The translations under genes and the position numbers were made by a program. Positions 24,676 through 38,089 of a DNA stretch of 61,387 nt are shown here, piece by piece. This stretch comes from Chiloscyllium plagiosum. Lineage: Eukaryota. The stretch covers positions 106,531,962 through 106,593,348 of the forward strand of contig NC_057717.1 in assembly GCF_004010195.1 (NCBI RefSeq), written 5' to 3'. Every line of letters begins with the position of its first letter. Within the stretch, counting starts at the first letter, position 1. The notes below the pieces were generated by a model. The model saw only the letters and a list, made by a program, of their open reading frames with translations, was not told where the DNA came from and did no database searches.

Positions 24676-25858
24676 TACACACTGTCAGTCTGATATTCCC
24701 CTGTAACTATACACACCGTCAGTCTGCTATACCCATGACTGTACCCACTGTCAGTCTGATATACCCCTGTATCTGTACACACTGTCAGTCTGATATTCCC
24801 CTGTAACTGTACACACCGTCAGTCTGATATACCCCTGTTTTGTACACACTGTCAGTCTGATATTCCCCTGTAACTGTACACACTGTCAGTCTGCTATACC
24901 CATGACTGTACCCACTGTCAGTCTGATATTCCCCTGTATACTGTACACACTGTCAGTCTGATATACCCCTGTACTGTACACATTATCAGCCTGATATTCC
25001 CCTGTACTGTACACACTGTCAATCTGATGTACCCCTGTACTGTATACAGTATCAGTCTGATATTCCCCTGTAACTGTATACACTATCAGTCTGATGTACT
25101 CCTGTACTGTAAACGCTATCAGGCTGATATACCCCTGTAACTGTACACACTGTCGGTCTGATGTACCCCGGTACTATACACAGTGCCCAATTGTATACTA
25201 TACAGACTGTCAGTCTGATATACCCTGTAACTACACACTGCTCATCTGATGTACCCCATACTGTACACACTGTCAGTCTGACATACCCCTGTAACTCCAC
25301 AGTGCTCATTTGATATACCCCTGTAACTGTACACACTGTCAGTCTGATATACCCCTGTAACTATACACACTGCCTATCTGATACACCCCTGTGCTGTACA
25401 CACTACCCATCTGGATATGCCCCTGTATACTGTACACACTGCCCAACTGGATATACCCCTGTAACTGTACGCACTGTCCATCTGGATATACCCCGTCTAC
25501 TATGCACACTGCCCATCTGATATACCTCTATATACTGTACACACTATCAGTCTGATATACCCCTGTACTGTACACACTGTCAGTCTGGATATACCCTGTC
25601 TACTGTACACACTGCCCATCTGATATACCCCTGTATACTGTACACACTGTCAGTCTGATATACACATGTACTGTACGGACTGTCTGTCTGGATATACCCC
25701 ATCTATTGTACACAGTCAGTCTGATACATCGCTGTATACTGTACATACTGTCAGTCTGATATACCCCTGTACTTTACGCACTGTCCATCTGGATATACCC
25801 CGTCTAGTGTACACACTGTCAGTCTGATATTCCCTTGTACTGTACACACTGTCAGTCT
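24676..25858. repeat. 32-35-bp minisatellite (tacacactgtcagtctgatatacccctgtaactg)n
   Basis: About 35 diverged tandem units, running into the gap. Confidence 0.95.
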
Positions 25859-25911
25859 TCAGGTTCTTCATTAATGGCCTTCCCTCTGTCATAAGGTCTG
25901 AAGTGGGGATG

Positions 25912-26509
25912 GAGAAAGTGAGGACTGCAGATGCTGGAGATCAGAGCTGAAAATGTGTTGCTGGAAAAGCGCAGCAGGTCAGGCAGCATCCAAGGAGCAG
26001 GAGAATCGACGTTTCGGGCATGAGCCACCCTGTGGCTCAACACTTCAACTCCCCCTCCCACTCCACCAAGGACATTCAGGTCCTTGGACTTCTCCATCGC
26101 CAGACCATAGCAACATGACGGCTGGAGGAAGAGCGCCTCATCTTCCGCCTCGGAACCCTCCAACCACAAGGGATGAACTCAGATTTCTCCAGTTTCCTCA
26201 TTTCCCCTCCCCCCACTTTGTCTCAGTCTCAACCCTTGAACTCAGCACCACCTTCCTAACCTGCAATCTTCTTCCTGACCTCTCCGCCCCCACCCCCACT
26301 CCGGCCTATCACCCTCACCTTAATCTCCTTCCACCTATCGCATTTCCAACGACCCTCCCCCAAGTCCCTCCTCCCTACCTTTTATGTTAGCCTGCTTGGC
26401 ACACTTTCCTCAAAGATTCCTGAAGAAGGGCTTATGCCCGAAACGTCGATTCTCCTGCTCCTTGGATGCTGCCTGACCTGCTGCGCTCTTCCAGCAACAC
26501 ATTTTCAGC
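25912..26509 (+). mobile_element. Penelope-like element family A (Neptune-like): inverted 5' arm + GIY-YIG C-terminus + 3' terminal repeat
   Basis: 26008-26196 encodes PVAQHFNSPSHSTKDIQVLGL...RLEEERLIFRLGTLQPQGMNSDF; TSD tctgaagtggggatg at 25897-25911 and 26510-26524. Confidence 0.92.
26414..26453 (+). ncRNA. Minimal type-I hammerhead ribozyme motif (family A)
   Basis: agattc-CTGAAGA-a-GGGC-ttat-GCCC-GAAA-C-GTC-gattct. Confidence 0.75.
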
Positions 26510-27529
26510 TCTGAAGTGGGGATGTTCAGCAAAGATTGTACAATGTTCAGCACCATTCACCACTCCTCAGATACTGAAGCCGTCCACTTTCAAATGCAAC
26601 AAGGTCTGGACAATATCCAGGCTTGGGCTGACAAATGTCAAGGAACATTCGTGTCACACAATGCTAGGCTATGACCATCACCAATAAGAAGCAATCTAAC
26701 CACCATCCCCTGACATTCACTGGTGTCACCATCACTGAATCCCCCACTATCAACATCCTGGGGATTACCATTGACCAGAAATTCACTGGGGTCACCATCT
26801 AAACACAGTGGCTACAAGAGCAGGTAGGAGGTTCGGAATACTGCAGTAATGACTCCCCAAAGCCTGTCCACTATCTATAGGGCACAAATCAGTGGTGTGA
26901 TGGAATACTCCCACTTGCCTGGATGGGTGCAGCCCCAACAACACTCTAGAGGCTCAGCACCAACTAGGACAAAGCAGCCCACTCAATTGGCACCACATCC
27001 ACAAGCATCCACTGCCTCCACTACTGATACTCACTAGCAGCAGTGTGTACTATTTACAAGATACAGTGCAGAAATTCACTAAAGATCCTCAGACGTCACC
27101 TTCCAAGTCCATGACCATTTCCAGCTGGAATAACAAGGCACAGTAGATTCATGGGAACACCGCCACCAGCAAGTTTCCCTCTGAGTCACTCACCATCCTG
27201 ACTTGGAAATATATCACTGTTCCTTCACTGTCGCTGGGTCAAAATCCTGGAATTCCCTCTCTAAAGGGATTGTGGGTCAACCTGCAGCACCTGGTGTGCA
27301 GCGGTTCAGGAGGTAGCTCACTACCACCTTCTCCATGGCAATTAGGGACAGGCAATAAATAGTGGCCCAACCAGTGACACCCATTTCCCACAAATGAATT
27401 TTAAAAATCTGAACTGCACATTTCTGTCAGCAGATGGCCCTGCTGTACCACCTTCAATAAAGCAGTGACTGGATAATGACACTCTGACTTTACCTCTCCC
27501 CAGAGCCGTTAAAATGCTTTTAATGCTGT

Positions 27530-27615
27530 TAGAAGTCACATGACACCGGGTTATAGTCTTAACGGGTTTATTTGAAATCACACAAGCTTTCGGGGCGCTG
27601 CTCCTTCGTCAGGTA
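27530..27615 (-). mobile_element. Penelope family B terminal fragment with hammerhead core
   Basis: Homologous to 45071-45156; reverse complement tac-CTGACGA-a-GGAGCagcGCCCC-GAAAG-CTT-gtg. Confidence 0.75.
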
Positions 27616-27639
27616 CAGTTGTTAATGCTGTGGTTTGAG

Positions 27640-27722
27640 GGACTATCTGATCAGGATGTTAGAGAACATTCTCCTGACCTCTGAAATGGTGCCATGGGAT
27701 CCTTTATACCCATCTGACTGGG
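27640..27722 (-). mobile_element. Deu-domain SINE fragment
   Basis: Reverse complement gggtataaaggatcccatggcaccatttc resembles the recalled Deu core (gtaaaagatcccatggcactattt). Confidence 0.45.
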
Positions 27723-28399
27723 AAGGTACAATGAGTTCAGACACAGGAAGCAGGGTTTTGAGACTTACTAGTTAAAGGTGACTGACGTTGAAGTATGAAT
27801 GGTTATAAAGGTTTTTCTCTGGTATTACACTGATCATTCAAGTGCTGTCTTTCCTCATGTGCTGCATCCCATCATGAAAAGGAGAGCCTGCAGTGTAATG
27901 GTAATACCTCTGGACTCGTTATCCAGGGGCCCAGGCCAACACCTCAGTTTGCATACCACCATGGTGCTTTGGGATCTTCCATTTGTAAAATATCTACTCT
28001 AATGGTGACCATTGTGATAAAAAACTTATAAATGGCTCACTACTGTCCTCATCTAGTCCCCAGAGGCACAGCAATGTGGCTAACTTGTAACTGTCCTCCA
28101 AGATGGCCCAGAGAGCCAATGGATTCAGCAACAAATAGGAATTGCCACAAATGATAGCCACATTATTAACCCACATAATAATTTTAAAAAATATTAGTAT
28201 TACTCTGGTTAAAAAAAACCCATTGACCTCAGTTGCCTTCATGCCAAACATAAACCGACATGACATACACCCACATGACATACAGATCACTACAGTGTCC
28301 TTACCTACTCTACAACAGGTCTGCAAGCCACTTTTAATTGCTTCAATTTTAAATACAAGAAATTTGTCCCGATCTTGAGGGTTGCCACAACAAAATGAA

Positions 28400-29030
28400 T
28401 ATATCACCCTAGATCTGGCCAGCCGAATATTCCACCTGCCAAATATGGAAGGTGAGACCAGAATATGTGGAGCTCTTCCCATATCTCAGCAGCCACCTCT
28501 TTCAGAAGGTGACCATTGACAATGAGATCCTGCACCAGAACAGCTTTTTACAACTTCCAGCAGTGAGCGTTTGACAATAAAGACTGCTCAGGTCAACAAA
28601 ACTCCTTGCGGCTGTTGTCGCCTCATTCCTGTACTTCAATGGGACCTGACCTGTGTATCAGTGACACATAACATCACGAGAGAAACTCCCTCAGCAATGA
28701 CATCACCCATCCTCCATATTCAATGGGAGGATCACTGAACAAACATTACTGTCATAAAAACTAAGGCCAGCTCCACAAGCCTTCAGGCAAAATGCTGAAA
28801 GATCAGTTGTGCTAGACTGTGTCCAGATGACCAAAATCTATCTTCTTCCATTAGGTCCTGTTCTCTCAACCCTCGAATGGTCAGTGTTTCACAGGAGGAC
28901 AAAGAAAGTGCCATGAAGACACACTGGAGCTTGCCTTGAAATGAGGTAGCAAGCTGCTTCCCTCTGGATCTAAAGGCCTTAACAAGGAAACAGAGCAGCA
29001 GCAGAAACGGGAAGAAAAGCAGCAAAGCCA
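28400..29030 (+). mobile_element. Old RTE-clade LINE fragment (post-RT region)
   Basis: From 28476 FPYLSSHLFQKVTIDNEILH; later ILHIQWEDH*TNITV. Confidence 0.65.
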
Positions 29031-30364
29031 TGGGCCATCCTGCCCTGTGGGCCCAACTTCAATGTTTTGGCATCAACTCCTTCCTGTGGTAATGAATTCC
29101 ACAGACTCACCCATTCTGTGGGTAAAGAAATGTCTCCTCATCTCCTGAATTTTACACATTGTGGAACATCTGTGTGGGAAATCCCATAGGTCTGTGGGAA
29201 ACACTGCTGTCCCTGTCTGGCAATGTCTGATGGCGACAGTGATCTTAACTGTAATTGTGGCCTTTGGGCCAAGGCCATGTATGGAGTTAACTCTGACTGG
29301 GTGATTTGGGATCACAGTATGCATACCTGACCTGGGATTCCTCTCCCCAACCAACCCCCCCGCACCTCCCCCCCCCCCAAAACCACCACCACCCAGGGAT
29401 AAACCCACTTCGCTCTTACTTGGCTGTAAATAGCATTCACTAAGAGGCAGGCATCCTCTGAAAATAGATAGACTTAAAGTGATGTTTCAATCAGGACAAA
29501 TTGTGAAGTTTGAAAGTATCAAGTCTGATTTTTCAGGGAAAGTTTCTACTTGTTTTGTTTTGGTTCGTTGTCATGGCTGATTAAGAGTCAAGTCTCTGCA
29601 AGATAATAAAGTACAATTACAACATATTTGCTGGAATCTGGTTAGTTTGAAGAACTGTGAATTAAAATGTCAGAATGGAAGCCTGTAAACAGTGCAGGCT
29701 GCCTGAATCCTGCTGGTATAAGACTGAGTCTGCAGTATTGGTCTGGAGATGGAAACCAGCTGCTGGGTTCAGGGGGCTGCAGCCTGACTGAAACAATTCG
29801 ACATACAACACATTTTTCTGCCAGCATTGTTCAACAATGCTTTCCATTCGTCAGGAGCTTGCTTCTACCAGTGTGGAAAGAACAGAATGTGTTGTGGGGG
29901 TACTTCAATATTGCTGCCTAATGATGATGGAAAGAAGCAGCAACTACACTGCCTGTGTCACAAGCAAGCCAAGCAGCAGGGCAACACAATTGGTAACCAC
30001 CAAACACTGGAGTGCAGGAGCTAAGGTTCATTGCTCAATCTCTCGAGCCTGCTGTGTCATTGAAGATTGTAGCTGGCCATCCCCCTCAATACCACATTCT
30101 AACACTATCCAATCATCTTTGTTTAGTCCCTCTTTGCTTTGACCATCCTGTACAAGTCCACTCTTATGGAACAGTCTCCAATTCTCAACACAAAGCAAGG
30201 ACGAATTGGTCTCTTCAGTGTCACAGGTGGCACGAGTGAGGGCTAAGACATACAAAGGCTTGTCAGGCCATATCATCACTGAACTGTTTCAATACAGAAA
30301 GTCAGCCTATTGACTCCATGCTGCTGACAAAAGACAATCATCAGGGAGAAAGCAAAGCAAACAT

Positions 30365-30675
30365 GCCCAGACATTTAGCAAAGATCCTCAGACACCTCAA
30401 ACCCACGATCACTTCCATCCAGAAGGACAAGGACAGCAGATACATGGGAACACCACCACCTTCAGGTTCCCCTCCAAGCCATTCACCATCCTGATTTGGA
30501 AATATGTCACTGTTCCTTCATTGTCGCTGGGTCAACTCTCTCCCTAAGAGCATGGTGGGTCAACCCACAGCACAAGGACTGTAGCTCACCACCACTTTCT
30601 CAGAGGCAACAAAGAATTGTCAATAACTGCTGGTCCAGCTGGAGATGCTCACTTCCCATGGATTAATTAAAATAA
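30365..30675 (+). mobile_element. LINE family B 3' end
   Basis: Homologous to 27075-27400. Confidence 0.8.
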
Positions 30676-32814
30676 AATTTTTGGATGAATTTATTCTTAC
30701 TGAAACCTCATTTTTCCTCCTGGGTTGGCAGATGAGCTACCTCCCCTCCTGAGATGCCCATTAGCCTTGTACTGCTGGCCCCAACCTACTCTGCTCACCC
30801 TCTGTTTGGTGCCAATAACCCACATCATACTGCCAGGGCAGAAGAGACAAGAGAAGGTATCTCCCCTGTACAAAATGTTAACTGACCTGTCCCTTCATTT
30901 TAACTTTCAGGTATCTGGTATTTGCAGATTTGTTTTTCCTCCCCTTACAGTGTTCTCACAGCAAACAACAAAAGCAGCATAAACCACAGAAATCAGAGAG
31001 AAATTCAAAATAGCTTAGGGCAGCAATACCACATAAAAACTGCACCTGAAGCTGCATGGAAAGGAGACCAAACTCTGAAACTCTTCAATTCTGTCAGAGG
31101 AGAATCTGTCAGCATTTGCAGCACAACCCCAAAGAGACAAAAAGCTGTTCTAGCTACAACACCTACACTGAGATTTGAAGAGAACCCAAAACCCAGAGAA
31201 AAGACAAAACATGCAAGGAGGTGATAAGCAGTGATCAGTGTTCACATCCACCTTAACCCTCTTTCTGTATATGAGCTGGAACCACATTATCTTCAGCCAC
31301 TATCATACTGGCATTCAGAAGGAGACGGGTCATCCTGCACACCTCATTTACCAAGTATAATGCACTTACTAAATCCTGCAAGCTTGCAGGTGTTAACTGT
31401 CTAGAGAATGTCTGGCGTATGAGAGACTGTCCTCACTTCAAACATCTCCCATAGGCCCAGGTTTCTTTTCAAACGCTGAAGTTGAAAAGCCAACCAGGGT
31501 TCTGTCTGCTACCTGGAGAAACCAGCTGGACAGTCGAACTTGCCTGTGACTGTCTGACTGACATTCCATGTTAACTTGGCTCAGGAGTAGATCTTATTTT
31601 AATATGACTCCCATTGTGTGTTCCTGCTGCATGACAGACAGGGATTGAGAGAATAAGCAAGTGGCAGCTTCTCTGTAAGTAACTGTGAGCTGTGAGGAAT
31701 CACTTCCTGTTCAATGCTTCATTCTTGATGAGTTGCCTCACTCAGTGCCTACTCATTCTGATTGTCCTGTCCTCTTCTCAGTGCTCCACATCAGGCCTGC
31801 CTCATTCAATACTTGCCCGTGGCCCATACAGGTCTATACCAACACAGTGAGCCTACATCATGACCTATCATAAGCTCCTACCATTCGTACAGAGAAAATC
31901 AACCAATGCTGGAAAATAGGACAACATTTAAAGTCAAAGACATTTCAATGTTTTTGGTAAAACTTATTGAGGTCTTGTGGTTAATTCCAGAATTTTCTGC
32001 TGTGGTTCTTAATCTTCTAAACAATGTGTTTAGTAATAATGACTAGCCTGGTTTCAATAATTTCCCATTCCAGCCAAACATCAAAACATTGTACAGTAGA
32101 GGGCTCAGCAAACTGTATCAGCGGAAATCAAGCATCCACTGAATTAAATTACATGATTAAATCGTCTGGGGCCAGAATAGGGAGCGACCACATTCACATG
32201 GAATGAATTTAATTCATCATTGCACCGTGCACATGGAGAGCCAGGCCTACAGCATCGTTCTGACATTTAGCCACAGCTAACATTTAACACCATTTCACAG
32301 GTACTATCTGTAAGGAAGTGACCAGAACAGACTAATCACAAGGTCAGTTAAAGATGAGTAATTGATCTTGGATTAAACTTTCTCACAACCATGTGATAAG
32401 ACAATGCTGTAAGACACCCGGACTTATTTCGATGCAGGTGGGAGCAAGTATCCAAGGGTTTGGTGTCAGACTTGAACCTGCTACCTCCTCAGATCAAATT
32501 GTTTGAGGGAACCAGGCAGCTCAGGGAGTCCACTTCCTCCTGCAATCAGACCATAATCACTGGATCTTCTTGCCCAATCAGAGGCCACAGTAATCCAATA
32601 GGAAGCTGGGCCCATCAGCCAACCCCACCACCATGGGCTCCTCAACTCACACTTTCTGAGAGTAAGAGGGGGTGCAAAGTAGGCAAAATGTAAACCGGAC
32701 CTCAGCTCCTTCCACTCAATTCCAACTACACCATGACACCCAAGTCACAACAACAACTTATATTCCTATAACACCTATATTTATACAAAACTAGACAAGA
32801 CAGTTCACAGGAGC

Positions 32815-34625
32815 GATATCAGTGACTGAGTGTCAGTGACTGAGTATCACTGATTGGGTATCAGGGACTGGGTGTCAGGGACTGGGTGTCAGGGACTGGG
32901 TGTCAGGGACTGGGTATCAATAACCGACATCAGGGACTGGGTATCAGGGACTGGGTATCAGGAACTGGGTGTCAGTGATTGGGTGTCAGTGACTGGGTGT
33001 CAGTGATTGGATGTCAGTGACTGGGTATCACTGGGTATCAATGACCAGGTATCAATAACCAATATCAGTGATTGGGTATCAGTGACTGAGTGTCAGTGAC
33101 TGAGTATCACTGATTGGGTATCAGTGACTGGGTGTCAGTGACTGGGTATCAATAACTGATATCAGTGACTGGGTGTCAGTGATTGGGTATCAGGGACTGG
33201 GTATCAGTGAGTGGGTGTCAGTGATTGGGTATCAGGGACTGGGTATCAGTGAGTGGGTGTCAGTGAGTGGGTGTCAGTGATTGGGTATCAGGGACTGGGT
33301 ATCAGTGAGTCGGTGTCAGTGAGTGGGTGTCAGTGATTGGGTATCAGGGACTGGGTATCAGTGAGTGGGTGTCAGTGAGTGGGTGTCAGTGATTGGGTAT
33401 CAGGGACTGGGTATCAGTGAGTGGGTGTCAGGGACTGGGTGTCAGTGATTGGGTGTCAGTGACTGGGTGTCAGTGATCAATATCAGTGACCAGGTATTAG
33501 TGATTGGGTATCATGACCGGGTATCAGTAACCAGCTATTAGTAACCGATATCAGTGATTGGGTATCAGTGACCGTGTATTATTGATTGGGTATCAGTAAC
33601 CGTGTATTAGTGATTGGGTATCAGTAATTGGGTATAAATGACCGATGTCAGTGATTGGATATCAATGATTAGGTTTCAGTGACGGGTATCAATGACCGAT
33701 ATCAGTGATTAGGTATCAGTGACTGGGTGTCAGTGACTGGGTATCAGTGACTGGGTGTCAGTGATTGAGTATCACTGATTGGATATCAGGGATTGGGTAT
33801 CAGTGACCGATATCAGTGATTGGGTATCAGTGACAGATATCAGTGATTGGGTATCAGTGACAGATATCAGTGATTGGATATCAGTGACTGGGTATCAGTG
33901 ATTGGGTATCAATGATTGGGTATATTAGTGACTGGGTGTCAGTGATTGGGTATCAGTGACCAATATCAGTGACCGGGTATTAATGATTGGGTATCATGAC
34001 CGGGTATCAGTAACCAGGTATTAGTAACCGGTATCAGTGATTGGGTATCAATGACCGATATCAGTGATTGGATATCAGTGATTAGGTATCAGTGACCAGG
34101 TATCAATAACCAATATCAGTGATTGGGTATCAGGGACTGGGTATCAGTGACCGATATCAGTGATTGGGTATCAGTGACCGGGTATTAGTAACCAGGTATT
34201 AGTTACTGATATCAGTGATTGGGTATCAGTGTCCGGGTATCAGTAACCAGGTATCAATGGCTGATATCAGTGACTGGGTATCAGTGATTGGGGTATCAGT
34301 GATTGGGTATCAGTGATTGAGTATCAGTGACCGATATCAGTGATTGGGTATCAGTGACTGGGTATCAGTGACTGGGTATCAGTGACCGGGTGTCATTGAT
34401 TGGGTATCACTGATTGGGTATCACTGTTTGGGCATCAGTGACTGGGCATCAGTGACTGGGCATCAGTGACCGGGTATCAGTGACCGGGTATCAGTGATTG
34501 GGTATCAGTGATTGGGTATCACAGTTTGGGTATGACTGATTGGGTATCAGTGACTGGTATCACTGGGTATCAGTGACCAGGTATTAGTGACAGAGTATCA
34601 TTGACTGTATGTCAGTAACTGGGTT
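32815..34625. repeat. ~14-bp minisatellite (gggtatcagtgact/gatt)n, ~1.8 kb
   Basis: More than 100 variant tandem units, strongly G/T-rich on the + strand. Confidence 0.97.
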
Positions 34626-34939
34626 TCTGTATTCTGGTCAATGGTATCTTCCAAGATGTTGCTAGTTGGGGATTTGGTGATGGTAACACCATTAAATGTG
34701 ATGGGGAGGTTGTCAGTTTGTCTCCTATTGGAGATGGTCATTGCCTGGCATTTATATAGCACAAATGTTATTTATAATCATGAATGCAGTCTTGGCTGTC
34801 ATTCTGTGAATCGCTCTGTGACTTCTTTTCCCTCTCTTTTAATTTAACACTTCACATAAACTCCACCCATTGAAATCCTCCGTCATAACCTTGAATTTTC
34901 ATTGGCTTCTCCAGTGGTCACAGTTAAGTTAAAAAAGAA

Positions 34940-35540
34940 AAAGTGTCGAGCAACTACAGACTAGTCAGTTTAACATTAATGGTGAGGTGACATCTCAAAA
35001 CAATTATTCAGGATAGAATTAATAGTCATGTGGAAAAATGTGGGTTCATTCAGAAGAATCAGCTTGGGTTTGTTAAGGGAAAGCCACGTCTAACTAATTT
35101 GGAGTTTTTTGCAGAGGCAACGGAGTGTTTATGAGGATAATGCTGTCACGTGGTGTGCTTTGAAAAGATGTTTGATACACAGCAAACTTACAGCAAACTT
35201 TGGAGAAAACTTACAGATCATGGAATAAATGGGATAGGAGAAACCTGAATGGTTAATGGGTATTTTCAGGCTGAAGGAAGATTTGTTGTGGAGTTCCCAG
35301 GTTCAGATTTGGAAACTTTACTTTTCCTCATATCTATGCTAATGATCTAAATCTTGGTGTGCAGGTGATGATTTCAAAATTTGCAGATGACACTAAATTG
35401 GGAGAACTGTTAACTGTGAGGAGAACAATGTGTAACAAAAGGATATAGACAAGTTGGTGGAGGAGGCAAATAAGTGACAGATGGTGTTTCAATGCAGAGA
35501 GGTGTGGGGTGATAGATTTTGGTAAAAAGAACATGGACAG
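34940..35540 (+). mobile_element. Old CR1 RT fragment
   Basis: NYRLVSLT; QLGFVKGK; ISKFADDTKLG. Confidence 0.75.
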
Positions 35541-36527
35541 CGTGCTCTTTAATTTCTTCATGAAAGGCACAGGGTGATTGATACACTAACTTCAAAGTCT
35601 CTTACTTATTCGGTAAAGACAACAGATTACAATAACTGATGGATGAAGATTACAAGCTGTCTTTCGGCTTCAGGTATTTTCCTGCACAGAGTCAGGCACA
35701 TACCACCTTGCAGCCATCTAAAAGCCTCGCCCACAAACTGCTCAGCTGCCCAGGAACCAATCAGCGAGTTGTCAGATTGATGAGCTTTGGCATCCATGAT
35801 TGGTCACAATTTTACAATCAGTTACTTGTTACCAGCCAAATCTTGACTAAAGGAGCTGTGTAAACACCACTCACAATGAGTTTCAGTTCAGTCAATGTTC
35901 TTAAAAATGCAACAATTCCTTCCACAATCCTTTACTTTCAAAACAGTCCACTTTTCCCCATTTTAGTCCACAATCAAAAATATAAAAAACTAATAAAGTA
36001 ATAATTCTTACAACTCCTCAGAAAATTTGTGTGGGAGGTAGGGGGGATGCATAGCCTGGTATGGGTGTGGAGGGGAGCCATGAGGAGGGCATTTTCAATC
36101 TCACTTTCAAAAGTTCCCTCACTCACACTTTATCATGACATGCCCTGAGGCACCATGAGACATCTTTAATCACGGACCCACTCCATAGAAAATGCAGAGG
36201 AGACGCCGTGTTTCCCTCCAAACTGGAAGTAGCCAGCGGAGGAGACTTGGTATCAGTGTGTAGCCTGAACACACGTGCACCATCAATAGGCTCCACTGAA
36301 AATACAAACCCTAGGAATGGGGGTTGAGAATCTCAGCTTGAGGATCTACCCACCATTTTATAAAGGGTTCCTGCATTTTCCTGACTCAGTAAAAACCCAG
36401 GCCTGTATGTACACAGGAGGATGACTGCCTCCTCCATTCTGTTAAACTCACATCTTACTTCCAATAAATTTCAACATGAGTTTCTGTCTCCATAACAAGC
36501 GAGTCACATGGGTTTGTTTCACCGGAG

Positions 36528-36851
36528 GAGAAAGTGAGGTCTGCAGATGCTGGAGATCAAAGTTGAAACTTTAGTTTCCGTAGAGACCACTCCCTCCGCG
36601 ACTCCCTTGTCAGATCCACACCCCCCACCGCCCCAACCTCCCCTCCCGGCACCTTCCCTTGCAACCGCAGGGGGTGCAACACTTGCGCCCACACCTCCCC
36701 CCTCACTTCTCTCCAAGGCCCCAAAGGAAACTTCCATATCCGCCACAGATTCACCTGCACCTCCACCCACATCATCTACTGCATCCGCTGCAGCCGGTGT
36801 TCCCTGGATGCTGCCTGACCTGCTGTGCTGTTCCAGCAATAAAGTTTCAAC
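36528..36851 (+). mobile_element. Internally deleted Penelope family A copy with Cys-rich linker
   Basis: FRRDHSLRDSLVRS...FPCNRRGCNTC...FTCTSTHIIYCIRCSRC between terminal-repeat arms; TSD tttgtttcaccggag at 36513-36527 and 36852-36866. Confidence 0.88.
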
Positions 36852-38089
36852 TTTGTTTCACCGGAGCTCACATCCCTCCCAATGAAACTCTGCTTCGCCT
36901 TGTATTAAAGGGACAGTTTAAAATGTAACTGCTCTATAATCGCAAGCATTTACAACGGCCTTGAGCCATTTCGCAATGTATAAGGTACTCTATAATGTAA
37001 ATTGTCATATTAGTGACTATTCTACAAAGAAAAAGGGGTCAGCAGCAGAGTGGAGGTGATGAGAAAGAGGATTAAGTGAAAGGAAAATGACTGGTCTATA
37101 TTTATCACAAACAATCCCAACATATCATTGAGGAACTCAACAATTAAACAAGGAAAATTGCCAAGTTAAACTTTCAGACTCGAGCAGATTTTGTGTTTCT
37201 GACTAAACAATTTGCAGATGTTGGATATTCTATATTCAACAATGTGAACTATACATCCAACTTGGACCCTCAGAGTGAAAGAACTGGGAAATAATGGTGC
37301 CAAGTTTAGGAATGTCAGATATTTAGAAATATGCAGGTTGACTCAAAATGCAGGTTGTGAGAAGTTGACATAAAAGGTTAACTGCAAGTTGTTTCTGAAT
37401 AGAAAGACCAGATTAAAATCTTTATATCCTTATTTCCACTCTGTACAATTATCTAATCTTATGAACTAAAACAGGAGAAGCATTGGGTTTTGGAGACAGA
37501 TATGACCCTGGTCTTTCATTCAAATACTTTTCAATCAGACCTTCTGTAGTGATTGGAACCAAGTGGACTTTGTTAGTGAAGAGATCCTTGTTTGGGGTTG
37601 TTAACCCAGGTCAATCAGGAGTCACTGGCTGGCCACAGCCAGTACACTGTGCACAGGTAAATAGTGGCTGACTTGATGACAGGATACCAGTCTCTGTGCA
37701 GTTAGTTCATCTTCTATCCCATGTTGGTCCCTCATCCCAACTTTCCATATCTTTGACCCAAAGTTATGCTGTCTTTCCCTCACACTGGCTTGACGTACCT
37801 GAAAATGTTTGGGAACTAGTCAGAACAGATCCCTTTCCACCTTTGGAACTGGGTTGGACTGAAGCCTGGATGAATGAGGCGAAAGTCCATTCTTCCTACT
37901 CACCAGAAAGATTAGATGGGGAATTAGGACCTGGTATTATGGAAATCCAGAATTTAACTGATGCCAGATCAAAAGCAATATATTACAGTGGCTGGAAACA
38001 TTAAAAACAGAAAATACTGGAAAAACTCAGCAAACCTGGCAACATCTGGAGGGAGAGAAAAACAGAGGTAACGTTTCAAGTCTGATATA

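Larger units (their letters stand above)
25865..27408 (+). mobile_element. CR1-superclade LINE family B, 3' portion, split by a Penelope insertion
   Basis: FINGLPSVIRSEVGMF resumes after the insert; LSTIYRAQISGVMEYS; 3' end ggcaattagggacaggcaataaat...gaattttaaaaa. Confidence 0.88.

Noticed and set aside
24096..24806. Long ORFs of 186-236 aa
   Set aside because: Artefacts of translating the N gap.
30922..31224. 100-aa ORF with an upstream acceptor-like site
   Set aside because: No recognisable domain, A-rich composition and weak donor; cannot be supported as an exon.
36547..36885. Pro/Ser/Thr-rich 112-aa ORF
   Set aside because: Off-frame reading of the C-rich Penelope linker.
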